A stretch of DNA of 64,000 nt from Eledone cirrhosa (GCA_964016885.1 OZ024740.1:344100001-344164000), one strand, 5' to 3'. Positions 43,124-57,988 are shown, counted from the first letter of the stretch. Notes: generated by a model from the letters alone, not told the origin. Translations and numbers: made by a program.

Positions 43124-43942
43124 TTTGGACATCTCCGTCGCCATCGATCTCTCTCACCGCTCCCGCATCACCTCCGCCTTCTTCAAACCCACTGACTCCC
43201 ACTCCTACCTCGACTTCACCTCTTCCCACCCTAGACACACGAAACACTCCATTCCCTACAACCAACTCCTCCGGATCCACCGGCTTTGCAGCCGAGATGC
43301 TGACTTCGAGACTCAGGCCCTCTCTCTAGTCAGCCATTTCATCCGGAGAGGTTACCGCCCCTCCCTCGTCCCCGCCGCCCTCGCAGTCCACCGCTCCACC
43401 GCCCTCGCAGTCCACCGCTCCACCGCCCTCACCCCACGCCCCCACACCCCCACACACCCACCCAACGTCTCCCTTTCCCTTCACCCACCTCCACCCCCTC
43501 CACGCACCATCATCCGCCTCTTCCAACGCCTCCTGTCCAATCCCTCCACCCCCCATCTTCCCATTACTACTCCTCCCCTCCTCCAAACGCGCGCGAAACC
43601 TCCGCTCCATCCTCGTCCGCAGGTCCCTACCTCCAACCCCCGCCCCCGTTGCCCCCCGGTTTCCTTCCCTGTTACAGACCTCGCTGCCACACCTGTCCCC
43701 ACATCACCAACACCACCACCTTCCAGGGTTCCAATGGCCACTCTCTCTCTGTCCGGCATGCCTTCCGCTGCACCTTCTCCAGCCTCGTCTATGGATTTCG
43801 CTGCACGGAGTGCAACGCAACCTCCGTCGGACAGACTAGAGTCCGAAACGTTAAGACCCTCTTCCTGCTATATCAGGCGTTAACCAAATATATCCCTTCC
43901 ATATACTGTACCGATTGTGTTATTTCTGTTTACCTTTTACAT
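43124..43942 (+). mobile_element. Internally deleted Neptune-like PLE (RT end, thumb, Cys linker, start of GIY-YIG) joined to a family D 3' end
   Basis: FKPTDSHSYLDFTSSHPRHTKHSIPYNQLLRIHRLCS and PCYRPRCHTC..LVYGFRC..VGQT; jumps to GTCCGAAACGTTAA at ~43836. Confidence 0.85.
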
Positions 43943-43998
<56 letters not shown>

Positions 43999-44034
43999 GA
44001 AGATTGCGAGTTGGAGAGAGAAAGAGAGAGCGAG

Positions 44035-44119
<85 letters not shown>

Positions 44120-44671
44120 CGTGGAGTATGTGTATTTTTACATACACTGTTTTGAATCGCTTTATGAATGGCATTGTATCTTAGTTGGTTAATGTCTCAC
44201 GTCTCTCACGTATATATATATGTATGTGTTTGCGCTTTTTCCTTTTGTGCATAACTATGTATAGTCACGTAATGTCTATGTTCCATAAAATGTGTTCGTC
44301 TAAATGCGTGTATCTCTTTCTCGTACGCTGCCTAGTCTCTACTACGTTATCCATCAAGTGTACCATTTTAACTATTCATTTAGCAATGTTAGGCATCTGT
44401 CATTGTGGTCACATGGATTGTTATGTTCTGATTTGCCGTCAAAAATTCCTACATCTTGCTGCCAAAATCCTACTAAGAGCAATACACTAAACAATTGGTG
44501 AAAAGAAAAAAAGGAAAATACAAACTTTCCTAGTGTTTCATATATACATTTGTATATCCCTGTGTAGTTTTCTCAGTCATGTATTTCGTCAGTACTTAAA
44601 ATCTCATCCATTATAACTTGTATGAGAGTGTTTGTACATATGTATGGATGCACACATATATAGCAACATAG

Positions 44672-44729
<58 letters not shown>

Positions 44730-44802
44730 CATATATATATATACGCATTTATATATATATATATATATATATATACGCATTTATATATATATATATATAA
44801 AT

Positions 44803-44841
<39 letters not shown>

Positions 44842-44878
44842 GCGTATACATATATATATATGTATATATATATATATT

Positions 44879-44914
<36 letters not shown>

Positions 44915-44917
44915 CGC

Positions 44918-44964
<47 letters not shown>

Positions 44965-44966
44965 AC

Positions 44967-45009
<43 letters not shown>

Positions 45010-45015
45010 CGCATT

Positions 45016-45051
<36 letters not shown>

Positions 45052-45258
45052 TACACATATACATATGTATAGATATATTTGTGTATATACATTTATATAC
45101 ATATATACATATATATGAGTATACATGTTTGTGTAGAAGTATATGATAGCATATATGTGTATCTGTCTATTTATGTGTGCTTATATGTAGTTTGGGCAGA
45201 CGACGATACCGGATCTAAATGAGTGCCATTCCCTTATCTATCTATTTATCTATCTATC

Positions 45259-45294
45259 CCACTTTTGATGCCCTAGTGGCAAATAAAAGAAACA
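45259..45294 (+). mobile_element. 36-bp Tx1-like 3' tail between (TATC)n tracts
   Basis: CCACTTTTGATGCCCTAGTGGCAAATAAAAGAAA matches the 3' ends at ~48090-48125 and ~48899-48935. Confidence 0.85.
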
Positions 45295-45322
45295 TATCTA
45301 TCTATCTATCTATCTATCTATC

Positions 45323-48123
45323 TTAGCCTCAAATAGAAATAGGAAGGAAACGGAGCTGGTAGATAGTGTAGAAGAGGCAATTAGAAGCGGCGACGTGGCC
45401 AGAGTGCTAGCGTCGAGAACGGCCCTGGGCCAGTTCTTCGAAGCGAAACACGAAGGCTGCATCGTCCGAAGCAAAATACGTGCTCTGGGAAACGAGGGGA
45501 CCAAAGCTGTTAGCTGGGCCCGCGTGACAGAAGCCAAAAGAGGGAGCAGATCCACTATCCGGTCTTTGCGAGACCAGGATGGACGGGTGATCATTGAACC
45601 TAAGCAGATGTGCGAGGCTTTTCAAAAGCAATTTGCCGGATTGTTCGGAAGGGGCGGGGAGTCGGTTGGGGATGTGGACTTCGGTCCATACCTCGACGGC
45701 CTGCCGCGTCTCTCGGACAGGGAGGCGAAGTCCTGCGAGGAGCCGATTTCACCCGCTGAAATAGAGGACGTGCTAAGCCAATGCGGCAAACGCAAATCCC
45801 CGGGTCTCGATGGTCTTCCATACGAACTGTATCTAGCTATGCCGGACTTGTTCCCCGATCTCCTCGAGGCGGTCTACTGCAACTGGCAACAGAACGGGAG
45901 AATTCCCTGTGCTGTGACCAAGGGCGTAGTCAGGCTAGTGAGGAAGGACGAGAACAAGGGGGACGATATAAATAATTTCAGGCCCATAACTCTGCTAAAT
46001 ACAGAGTTACAGATTTTGGCCAAGGTGCTAGCAAAGAGGTTGGCGCTTGTCGTGGGCAACCTGGTGGGAGATGCGCAGACATGTGCTATCCCGCCCAGGT
46101 CCATCCACGACAACCTCCACCTCATGCGATACATCATAGAGAGGTTTGGGAACGAACCCGGCTTTGGTGGGGCCCTGATCAACTTGGATCAATCTAAGGC
46201 GTTCGATAGGGTCGACCATGGTTACCTGGATGCGGTGCTAGCGGCGGCCGGCTTCGGACCCGTTTTCAGGGGCTGGATCAATGCCATGCAGAGCAGCCGC
46301 ATCTGCTTTAGGGTCAAGGTGAACGGCTACCTCTCGGAGATTCGAAATCGCGCGGTCCATCCGACAAGGGTGCCCTCTCTCCTCCCTTCTGTATGTGATG
46401 ACTCTAGAGCCACTGCTGCGGAAGTAGGAGTTGTTGCAGGGCATCCCGTTGGAACGGGGATTGCGGAAAGCGGTGTCGGCCTACGCCGACGACGTAACAG
46501 TAATGGTGTCGACGGCCTCGGAAATCGGGGCGGTCGGCACCATACTGGAGGAGTACGAAAGGTTTACAGGGATTAGATGAACCGGGACAAGTCGAACAGT
46601 CTGCAACTCGGCACGTGAAGGGGCAGATTGATGCCCTCCGATGGCGTCGTCGGGCGCTAGACGGAGGGCTCGGTGAAGTTGCTCGGGGTCTGGTTCGGAC
46701 CAGACCTCCAGGTGGAGAAGAACTGGGGTGAGGTAACGAAAAGGATTTTGCACTGACCCAGAAGTGGGCCGAGTGCAAACTGTCCCTGAAAGGTCGGGCG
46801 GAGGTGGCGAACACTTATATAGCGTCCGTCATCTACTACCGCCTGACCGTTGTGCCTTGCCCAGGGGAAACGCTCGCCAAAATGGAGCGCGCACTCTTCC
46901 AATTCCTTTGGAAGAAACGGGCTCCTATGGTGAGGAGATCCATCTGCTGTCAACACCCTTCGAAAGGAGGGCTGGGGATGCCGTGGCTAATGATGCGTAA
47001 TCACGCATTAAGGCTACGGCACATCCAGGTATTCCTCACCGGTCAGCTGGTGTGGGCCCCGTTTGTGAGGCGAGCCTTTCCCAGACTCGTCTCACTCACC
47101 GAGCTGCAATCCTGGGTCAAGCAAAGACCGAGAAAACTGGGCGCCTAGCACACCGAGTGTGCCCAGGCGCTCACGGCTCTCTGGCAGGCGGACCCGGCTG
47201 TCAGTGGAGAATCCACCTCGTAATTCTATAGAGGGCTGGTGGTTAGCAGTGCGACGACGCCCTCGGAGAAGCCCTAGGCATGGAGGAAGACGAACTGGCC
47301 AACCTGTTCGGTAGGACATTCAGCCTGGGACCCATGGATAACTTCCAGAGGTCCCTGGCCTGGCAGTTCTACAGAAGGGCTCTGCCCGTTCGAGAAAGGA
47401 TCTACAGACACTGGCGCCCGGGTAGGGACCCCTCGAAAAAGATCTGTCCCAGATGCGTGTGCGACGAGGAAACCGTTGCACACGCATTGGTACACTGCTC
47501 GGGCATTGCCGATCTATGGGGTTATGTCGAACAACTGCTGTCAAGGGTGGGACCGATCCGGTTGACCACCGAGTCTATTGTAACGATCAAGCCGCCTCCC
47601 CTCTTCAAAAACGAAGGAGAGGCGGTGTTTCTGTGCGTAATAGCCATGGCGAAAGAGGTTGTATAGTGGACGCGTCTGAAAGGACTGAGGTCAGACACCT
47701 TTCTCTCTGGCCAACAACTGGTCCGTTTCTTCCGATATCATTTCGTAAAAGGATCAGGATGGAGAGAGAGGTGCTGCACCCCAGCCGTTTTTATGAAAGA
47801 TGGGAGAAAGTGGCGAGAATGGCCCGTGTGAATGGGCCTTCATTCTACATCAGACTATAGGTGAGGAAGATGAAAGACCAAGGGAGTACCCCCTCTCTGT
47901 GCTCCTGAGGAGAAGGGTTGCACACTTTTTTCCGGGGGTGTGTGCGACCCCCCAAGGCGCCTCCTCTCTATTGAGGATTTTGTTATAAATTTTATTTTGT
48001 TACATTTTATTTTATTTTTATATTTTGTTATTGCCTCCTCCTTATTAAGGACGCCTTGTTATGTAAACTGCCCCCATTGTACTTGTCGCACTTTTTGATG
48101 CCCTGGTGGCAAATAAAAAGAAA

Positions 48124-48125
<2 letters not shown>
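45323..48125 (+). mobile_element. 5'-truncated Tx1/L1-clade LINE, ORF2 pseudogene (RT plus C-terminal CCHC)
   Basis: KSPGLDGLPYE, NFRPITLLN, LDQSKAFDRVDH, RQGCPLSP, YADD (46482), KGGLGMP and CPRC..EETVAHALVHC. Several stops and frameshifts; (TATC)n on both sides. Confidence 0.93.
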
Positions 48126-48189
<64 letters not shown>

Positions 48190-48935
48190 GTTCGAGAAAG
48201 GCTCTACAGACACGGACGCCCGGGTAGGGACCCCTCGAAAAAGATCTGTCCCAGATGCGTGTGCGACGAGGAAACCGTTGCACACGCATTGGTACACTGC
48301 TCGGGCATTGCCGATCTGTGGGGCTATGTCGAACAACTGCTGTCAAGAGTGGGACCGATCCGGTTGACCACCGAGTCTATTGTAACGATCAAGCCGCCTC
48401 CCCTCTTCAAAAACGAAGGAGAGGCGGTGTTTCTGTGCGTAATAGCCATGGCGAAAGAGGTTGTATGGTGGACGCGTCTGAAAGGACTGAGGTCAGACAC
48501 CTTTCTCTCTGGCCAACAACTGGTCCGTTTCTTCCGATATCATTTCGGAAGAAGGATCAGGATGGAGAGAGAGGTGCTGCACCCCAGCCGTTTTTATGAA
48601 AGATGGGTGAAAGTGGCGAGAATGGCCCGTGTGAATGGGCCTTAACTCTACATCAGACTATAGGTGAGGAAGATGAAAGACCAAGGGAGCACCCCCTCTC
48701 TGTGCTCCTGAGGAGAAGGGTTGCACACTTTTTTTCGGGGGTGTGTTCGACCCACCAAGGCGCCTCATCCCTATTGAGGATATTGTTATAAAATTTATTT
48801 TGTTATATTTTATTTTATTTTTATACTTTTATATCTTGTTATTGCCTCCTCCATATTGAGGACTCCTTTGCATGTAAACTCCCCCCTTTGTACTTGTCCC
48901 ACTTTTGATGCCCTGGTGGCAAATAAAAAGAAAGT
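48190..48935 (+). mobile_element. Further 5'-truncated copy of the same Tx1-like family
   Basis: Near-identical to 47388-48125; bounded by (TATC)n. Confidence 0.92.
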
Positions 48936-48951
48936 TATCTATCTATCTATC

Positions 48952-49912
48952 TTCGAGTGCCTACAGACGCTCACAGCCCTCTACCAAGCGGAAACGGTAA
49001 TTAGCGGAGACTCCACTTCGACATTCTATAGGGGATTAGTGGAGGATAAGTGCGACGACGTTCTCGGGGAAACTCTAGGCATCGAGGAGGACGAACTGAC
49101 CAGTCTTTTCGGGAGGACTTTCCGTCCAGGGTCTATGGATACCTTCAAGAGGTCTCTGGTCTGGCAGTGCTACCGAGGAGCTCTACCAGTTCGAGACAAA
49201 ATCTACAGGCACGGACGCCCTGGCAGAGATCCTGCCAAAAGGACCTGTCCAAGATGCGAGCCGGACATCGAAACCGTTCTGCACGCAATTGTTCACTGCC
49301 CAGGGGTGACCGACCTGTGGAATTATGTCGAACAGTTGCTGTCACGTGTGGCACACATCCAGTTGTCAGCCGAGTCCATCGTGAGGATCACCCCGCCGCC
49401 TTCATTTAAGAAGGAAGGAGAGGCTGTTTTCCTCTGTCTGGTGACTATGGCGAAAGAGGTAATATGGTGGACGAGGTTAAGAGGACTGAGGGCAAACACC
49501 TTTCTCTCCGGACAACGACTTACCCACTTCTTTAAGTATCACTTCAAAAGGAAGGTGAGAGTGGAGAGAGAGGTGCTACACCCCAGTAAATTCGCTGAAA
49601 GGTGGGGGAATGTGGCAAAAATGGCCCGAGTGAATGGGCCTTCTCTGTATATAGACCTGTAGGTTGAGGAAGATAAACAGAGGGAAGACAGGAACACCTA
49701 CAAAACGGGTTCCTGGTATTGAGGGTTATTCTATCTACGGGGTGTAAAACAACCCTGCAGTAACGTTCCCCTCTACTGGGACTTCAATTGTTATTTTATT
49801 ATATATAGTTTATTGTTATTTATTAAGGTTAAAGTTATTTTTATGTAAAACCCCCGCCGTCACGTCTTGTAATGTCCCATTTTTGTACGCCCCTGTGGCA
49901 AATGAAGAAAGA
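48952..49912 (+). mobile_element. 5'-truncated copy of a diverged Tx1-like subfamily
   Basis: Open frame to 49662, homologous to the other copies but with many substitutions and a different 3' UTR. Same terminal GTGGCAAAT motif; bounded by (TATC)n. Confidence 0.92.
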
Positions 49913-49926
49913 TATCTATCTATCTA

Positions 49927-50023
<97 letters not shown>

Positions 50024-50340
50024 ATATATTTATCTATCTATATTATCTATCTGTCCTTCTAGTTGTCTGCGCATCTATCTTTTTATTTATCGGTCTACCT
50101 CTGTTTCTGTACCATTTCACACGATCACAATGCAGAAACAACGCATACACACACACACATACACACATACACACACACACCTATATTTAAATGAATTCGA
50201 CACGACTGGAACTGTTTCCTTCCTGATGATTACATACGAACGAAACACTTCTAATACTGTATAGTTCATTTTTATACCTATTCTCTTCCAATGTATTTAG
50301 TACCTTTTATAATTGTAGTTACCAACACAAATGGGGTATT

Positions 50341-50382
<42 letters not shown>

Positions 50383-50405
50383 CACTCACCCACACACACT
50401 AATAT

Positions 50406-50482
<77 letters not shown>

Positions 50483-51186
50483 CACTCACCCACACACACT
50501 TATATATATATATATATAAATATATATATATAAATATACAATATTAAATAAATGGAAAATTTATAAAACCATATTTATTTCATTATATATATTTCAGGGA
50601 TATCATATTAACAATATGCTATGCCTTCCTCAGACAAAATACAATATAAACAGTTTTATAGATAAATAGATTCGACATACCGTAACAACATCGACTTGCA
50701 TTTGAAGAGGTTGATTTGGCAGTTTATATTAATCTTATGTGTATAAATATATATATATATTTATACACATAAAATTAATATATCTGGAAACAGCATACAA
50801 AATATATATTATATTCTAGAATGAATACATATTTCAAGGAAGTTACCATTACGGGTCATTTCCTTGTACATTCAAATCAAGTATGGGTCACACCTGCACT
50901 GCCAAATAAAAACTCTAACATCTGGGTAGCAATAATAGACTTTACACCTTAAAGCAGCCTCGGCTTGCGCCAAGAGGCTGTTCAACATTCTCAATCTTGA
51001 CACATAGATGTATCATCAACACTCCCCTGTATACTTACCCAACCGCATTTATGCCTTCGGATTAAAATAGAATCAGACATACGTAAGCAAGAACTCATGC
51101 CTATACATATATACATACAGACAGACATACATACAACGATACATGCATACATACCTAGATAAATATATAGAGAAAAACACATTTTC

Positions 51187-51222
<36 letters not shown>

Positions 51223-51265
51223 TTACATACATACAAGACATACATACATACATACATACACATAG

Positions 51266-51306
<41 letters not shown>

Positions 51307-51609
51307 CATCATCCTACACACATGTACATAAAGCATGTTCATGTGTGTATGAATATGTCAGAGAAATCTTACTTTTCAATACGTCACTTTAGTAAACGAG
51401 TATGTGGTCCGAATACCTAAGTGCCATACATAGTTTCAATAATTTTTTTTTATTTCTTCTTCGTTTTCACCCTTTATCCTACCAAAATAATCGACCTACT
51501 GGGATGCTGGTGTAAAACTAATTGGGGTTTTGAAATTTGTTGGAGGTCCGTAAGTTTGTGTGGCTGCATCATTTATTACAATTTCTATACATACACATAG
51601 ACCCCCCCC

Positions 51610-51738
<129 letters not shown>

Positions 51739-51783
51739 AGTGTGTGTGTGTGTGTGTGTATGTGTGTGTGTGAGTGTGTGTGT

Positions 51784-52021
51784 GTTATATTAGGGGAAAG
51801 TGATATTGTTATAATATAGCTAGAAATAATAACAGAACAGACTCACTGTTTGGTTTGGGTTGGTTTTCTCTTCTGTATGTTTTATATCTCCATAGTTAAT
51901 TTATCTGGCAATCAATGTTTATCATTGATTGACCAACGGTTAAAAATACAGATATATATATATATATAGTCTAACAATATTTGTTTCAACACACGATTTC
52001 ATATCAAAAACCTTGCAACGC
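51784..52021. mobile_element. Fragments of the PLE terminal module (family of 19778-20030) in opposite orientations around a short TA tract
   Basis: 51784-51950 matches 19839-20008; 51972-52018 is the reverse complement of ~19797-19842. Confidence 0.7.
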
Positions 52022-52106
52022 ATATATATATATATATATATAAATTATTCCGGGTCCTGTAGAAGCTCTTGTATATATATATATATATATAATTTTTTTT
52101 TTTTGA

Positions 52107-52250
52107 AACGAAGGAAGTGTGGTAAGGAACCAGGTGGATCATAACGCACCAGAGTACTCAATACTTAGGGTAGTAGAGTGGGTAATAGGAAAATGTTCAA
52201 GACCTCGACGCAGACCTCAAGCCATTTCGACGTCTATTGCTGGACTAAAT
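52107..52250 (-). mobile_element. Family B copy
   Basis: AACGAAGGAAGTGTGGTAAGGAACCAGGTGG..CTTAGGGTAGTAGAGTGGG. Confidence 0.85.
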
Positions 52251-53262
52251 TAGATTTTTAGCGTGGTAATAATTCTTCATATGGGAAGATTGTAGTTGTC
52301 AAAATTTCTTGTAAACACAATTAAATCTTTCATGACGGTGGGTGGGGTGGGGGGGTGTCTGAACTTGCCTCTAGAACAATGAGGGAGTGGGTGGAGCCGG
52401 TCAAGCGTAGAAAGTGAATTCTATACAGCAAATTCTAAGAAGTGTGGATGAAGTTAGGCTAGCTAGAAAGCAGGCGAAAAACGAATTCTGGAGGAATCTG
52501 AGTGGGAAGTTATAAAATAAAAAAGTTAATAAATTGAAATAAAAAAAAATAATGAATAAAAATAATAATAAAATAATAAAATAATAAAAAATAAAAAATA
52601 AAAAATAAAAAAAACTACCACATACCATCTTACTTGGAGCTTACTTTCCAGGGCTAACTCATACACGGGAGGAGACCGTCCGTGTAACTTGTGCTGGGAG
52701 GAAACAATACAAATTCTGTTTACGAAGGACCAACTTGTAACCGCATGTAAAGACCGATTGCGTAGGACTTGCCTCGCCTTCAAACCCCCTCATGACAAGG
52801 TGGGTAGATAATGGCTGTAACATCCTTCTTTTCCCTACTTGCCAAACAAGATAGGGGAAACCCCAGCATACATAGGTAGATGTACTTCTTTTCTTTTTTT
52901 TCCCTTTATCTCTTCTTCCCACTTCCCTCGACTCCCTCATTGTTCTACAAGCAAGTTCAGCCACCACCACCTCCCACCCACCACCATGAAAGATATAATT
53001 GTGTTTACAAGATCCATTGATCTTACACAAGTATCTACATAACTTGGTATAATTTCACCCAGCATGTAGAAATCTTATAATGAAACGATTCGTTTGGGAA
53101 ATGAGATCTTTAATATATCTCATATAAAATAATGCAGCCAATTATCCACACAATACAATATAGTTAGTACCCCAAACGTATAATTGGGAATATACTCCGG
53201 TATATCTTAATGTTTGTTGAGTGAGTTGTAAATTGGTCGGAGTATCGCTAATAGCTTTCTCC

Positions 53263-53323
<61 letters not shown>

Positions 53324-53417
53324 AACACGTTTAAACTAATTAGACCCTTATTCACCAGATTATTCGATATTATAGTTGTTAAAATCCTGATCTCTCTCTC
53401 TTTCTCTCTCTCTCTCT

Positions 53418-53526
<109 letters not shown>

Positions 53527-54190
53527 ATAATTCATATTCAAAAGTTATATTTAGAGAGAGAGAAAAAACAACTCATATATCGTTTGAGAAACAGTATTTT
53601 GTACACATATTTAATACAAATAATATCCAGATATACATACTTATGGTATAAATAATATTCCTGACAGTACTTTTCACAGACGCAAGAGAAAGTTAAATAG
53701 ATTGGAAACCTATCCAAGTAATACATTATTGATTATCTATTATCGATTCCGATAAAAGCCAACGAAAGACAAGGAGCAACTATCAGAGAAAGTGTCTTTA
53801 AATATGTCCCATAATGTAAATACGTTTATATCTGTTGAGAGGTGTCTGAATGAGCTTCATAAACGTGGTGCCGATAAATATTTAACGACGAGTGCAAATA
53901 TAAATAGGACTGGACATCTCGCCTGCTAGAAAGAGCTGAGAGATTTCAATCACAATTAAATCAGCTCGACAAATGAATAAATTTAGAGCAGCTGTACACA
54001 ATTTTAAGGTATCAAAACATATTTATTATGAATGATAACCGTGTTTCTCTTTAAATAAGTTCAATTTAACTTAGGTCAGCGCATCGATAATTCAAATTCA
54101 AAAGATATATTTACCGAGTAAGAGAGAAAAAGTCATATATCGTTTCAGAAACACATAGTATTTTGAGTATAGCTGCTCCAAATTTATTAA

Positions 54191-54335
54191 TTTCAACATC
54201 TAGTTCCAGACCGGAACTAGCTGTGGAAACGACACGTGCTCAGTCGTCGGGTCCCGACTCTTATAATACTCTACTATCCCATGTATCGAGTACTCTGTTG
54301 AGTAATGGTGTAACAACTTCCAAACTGGTTCTATC
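54191..54335 (+). mobile_element. Diverged family B copy
   Basis: Hairpin CTAGTTCC/GGAACTAG, then GAAAC-GAC-9 nt-GTC-GTC-GGG and ACTCTACTATCCC..GAGTACTCTG. Confidence 0.7.
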
Positions 54336-54390
54336 CTGATTTATGTATGTTTATATATATATATATTTGTACATATATTATATATATATT

Positions 54391-54431
<41 letters not shown>

Positions 54432-54665
54432 GTAAAAGGTAAACAGAAATAACAACACAATCGGTACAGTATATGGAAGGGATATATTAGGTTAACGCTT
54501 GATATAGCAGGAAGAGAGTGTTAACGTTTCGGACGCTAGTCCTTCATCAAAATTATGAATGAAAAATAAGATAGATTGAGGGGACGGGCGGGTTGGAATT
54601 GGAAAAAAAGTCTTTAGATAAAAATAACAGGTCCATTCATGTTGACATCTCTCGTGTCTGTGTCT
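54432..54665 (-). mobile_element. PLE 3' end, family D, with HHR core TTGATGAAGGACTAGCGTCCGAAACGTTA
   Basis: Reverse complement matches 43836-43942. Confidence 0.8.
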
Positions 54666-54678
54666 GTAAATACATGTT

Positions 54679-54800
<122 letters not shown>

Positions 54801-56547
54801 ATGAGGGTGTGTATTTCTCTAGACGGAAATGTTTTGAGAATCCAGTATCACATCTTGCGGGCCAAATTAATTTTGGTGTTTATATGAGTACCTTAGCTTA
54901 AATTGTTGACAACAATTATCCAATTACCTTGGTGCTGTTTGATACCACGAGGCGTCACTTGAGGGAAGAGATTGTGATAACTTCAATGCATCCTCTTTTC
55001 CAATGTGGATTGATTCAAATTTATTCTCGTTTATTAGAATATTGCTTTTGTCACGCATTGGATAAATAGCGTAAAAATTCAAGCAAATTCATGCCCAGTC
55101 GCCCACACTGTTGATGACCCTCTGGAGCTTGCGAAAATTGTGTAATTATCCCTAAACTTGTTAAGAAGAAACCTAAGAGTGTAAGCAAATTAGTTTTAAG
55201 TTGTATTAGACTACTAAACCAAGAAACCCCCCACACGATCGCAATGGCATGACAACAGCAACGTAAATAGTGGTTTCAATAACATCAGAGACAATCAGTG
55301 ATCTAAATTCATCATGTTGAACATTGTCAAATGTTACCTATACATTCCAATTCAATACGATCTTATTTGGAAATATATATTGTAACATAAACAACAATAA
55401 GATAGATATTATTATGTATTCCAGGAAATATCCGCTTTACAAAATGATATAGCATGGTTCCACAATATCAAGGGTCCTTTGGCGAGTTATCTTGATATTT
55501 TCAAAACTTCATCCGAAAATACATATAACGCAACATCGATGATATTTAAATCTTTATATAAAGAAACGTATCGATATGACGTCTGCGCTATATTTTTTTT
55601 TAGATTTGCCCTCTGTCGTGTGGTGTAATGCATTTTAATTGTTCATGTCTGTAATTGTTTTGTGAACCGATGCGGTAGACTGTCGTACATGTGTAGTCAT
55701 CATATTTTAGCATTTTATCCCGTCATTGCAACAACTTTCAATAATTATATATATCTATTGCATTCGAAACAGAAATAAAAATCTATTTTTTTTTCGGCAC
55801 AAGGGGATAAAATTTAGGGGAAGGAGATTCCATTGACTGCATTGATTGTTATTTATCTTACACACTAAGGGAAGATGAAATGTAGACTAAGCCTCGAAGT
55901 CAGAACGATGAGTCACTCAACTGATTAACACAAGTTATTTCGTCCAGTGTTCCACCGCGTTGTGCTAAAATCTTCTGTTTCGAATTTTGGTTCAAGACCA
56001 CACATTTTAGAGTATCCGGCTTTATATAAATGACCATACGCTTCCCAAGAGTTGTCAATGTGTTTCAACTTTGTGCTTGTACGAGAAAGAATTAGTATTT
56101 ACTATTTCATTATTTTACACTCTTTCTTTTTTCAATTGTATCTGTAGAATATTTTACTCTCTGTGTGGTTAATTGAATTGGTGTTCCAGCTAGCTATGAT
56201 GAATAAGACAAAAACGCAAACAAAGATATTTAAAAAAGCAAAATAAATAAAATGACAATCAATCAAAGTGAACACAGTGAGTACACAGTAGCAAATCATA
56301 CACACATACACGCGCATTGATACATACAAACACTAACACATGGAAAGACATCAATAAAAACCCACATACATACATATAAACATATAGACTGACAGACACA
56401 TATATATACATAGATGCATACATACATATATGCCTACATACATACACACACATACATACATACATACATACATACATACATAAACACACACACACACACA
56501 CACATATATATATGTTTCTTATTGGCAACATGACCCTCCCAAAGTAT

Positions 56548-56630
<83 letters not shown>

Positions 56631-57101
56631 CACACATATATTTTATAGCATATATAAAGCCGAAAAGAAAATACACAACACACAACAAAAAGTGATAAAT
56701 ATATAAAAGAAACACCATTCTTCAGTTGAACGTAATTGTTCATTGGACACCTGCAGCTGGGATAGCCATAAGTCTATTCGTCGCAAATGTTTACGTTCAA
56801 CTCAGTTGGTTAGATATCTGTATTGTTTATCATTGCTCGAAGTTGATGTGTGTAAGTGGGGGTCAATCTTAAAAAGAACCGAACCCATCACCCGTACGGC
56901 ACTTCCAGCATATATTTTGTACTCAATACCATAGAGGTGTTTTTCTTAAAGATAAATCCGATACTCTGTGATTGATAAATTTGAATTATGTATGAATGTA
57001 TGTATGTATGCGTTCATATGTATGTATATACATACATACATATATATATATATGTATAATATATATGTATGTATATATGTATATATATATATATGTATAT
57101 T

Positions 57102-57165
<64 letters not shown>

Positions 57166-57785
57166 ACGGCGATGAATTAGTTTTGCGAGGTTTTTGATAT
57201 ACATGTATACATACATACATGTATATATATATATATACAGAGATATCCACGGTAAGTTGTGGGGTCCAGTCTGCATGAAGAACTCAATGTAATCCATATG
57301 TTGAAAATGTTGTAGGTTAAAATAAATCCCGGAAAACAATAAAACATTAAAAGGAAAACAGTCATGATATAAGTTAAAACAATGAAATAAAAAAATAAAC
57401 TCATTAGAATTGCTATATTTATAATAGCAATTCTATTATTAACACCATTCAAAGAGTCATGACATGAAGTGAATTATTTTTAATCTTAACATCATATGGA
57501 AAAAAATACAATCTGATTGGTTAGTTCTTCAGCTATCTCCAACTAAAGTCATAGAAGTAAACTTACTACTAATTTACTACTAATTTTGAATAAAATTATT
57601 ATTGCTTTTTTACAACAGCTGGTGATATGCATGTAAGTAAATATTTTCCTTATCTGATATTTTGTAACTAACCTTACCTAGATCGATAACGAAGTATAGT
57701 TACGATGATTTATCACATCACCTAGAAACGATTGTAAAGCATTGAAGTATATTTCTAATGACTTGATTTTTTATTTCATTGTTTT

Positions 57786-57850
<65 letters not shown>

Positions 57851-57901
57851 ATACATACATGTAAACGCATACATACGTTGTATATGTATATATATATATA
57901 C

Positions 57902-57988
<87 letters not shown>

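Noticed and set aside
46420-47666. Several Trp-to-stop (G to A) changes in the Tx1 ORF suggesting editing, hypermutation or selenocysteine recoding
   Set aside because: The stops are mixed TAG/TGA with frameshifts. TGG is one transition from a stop, and comparison with the sister copy shows no clear G-to-A bias.
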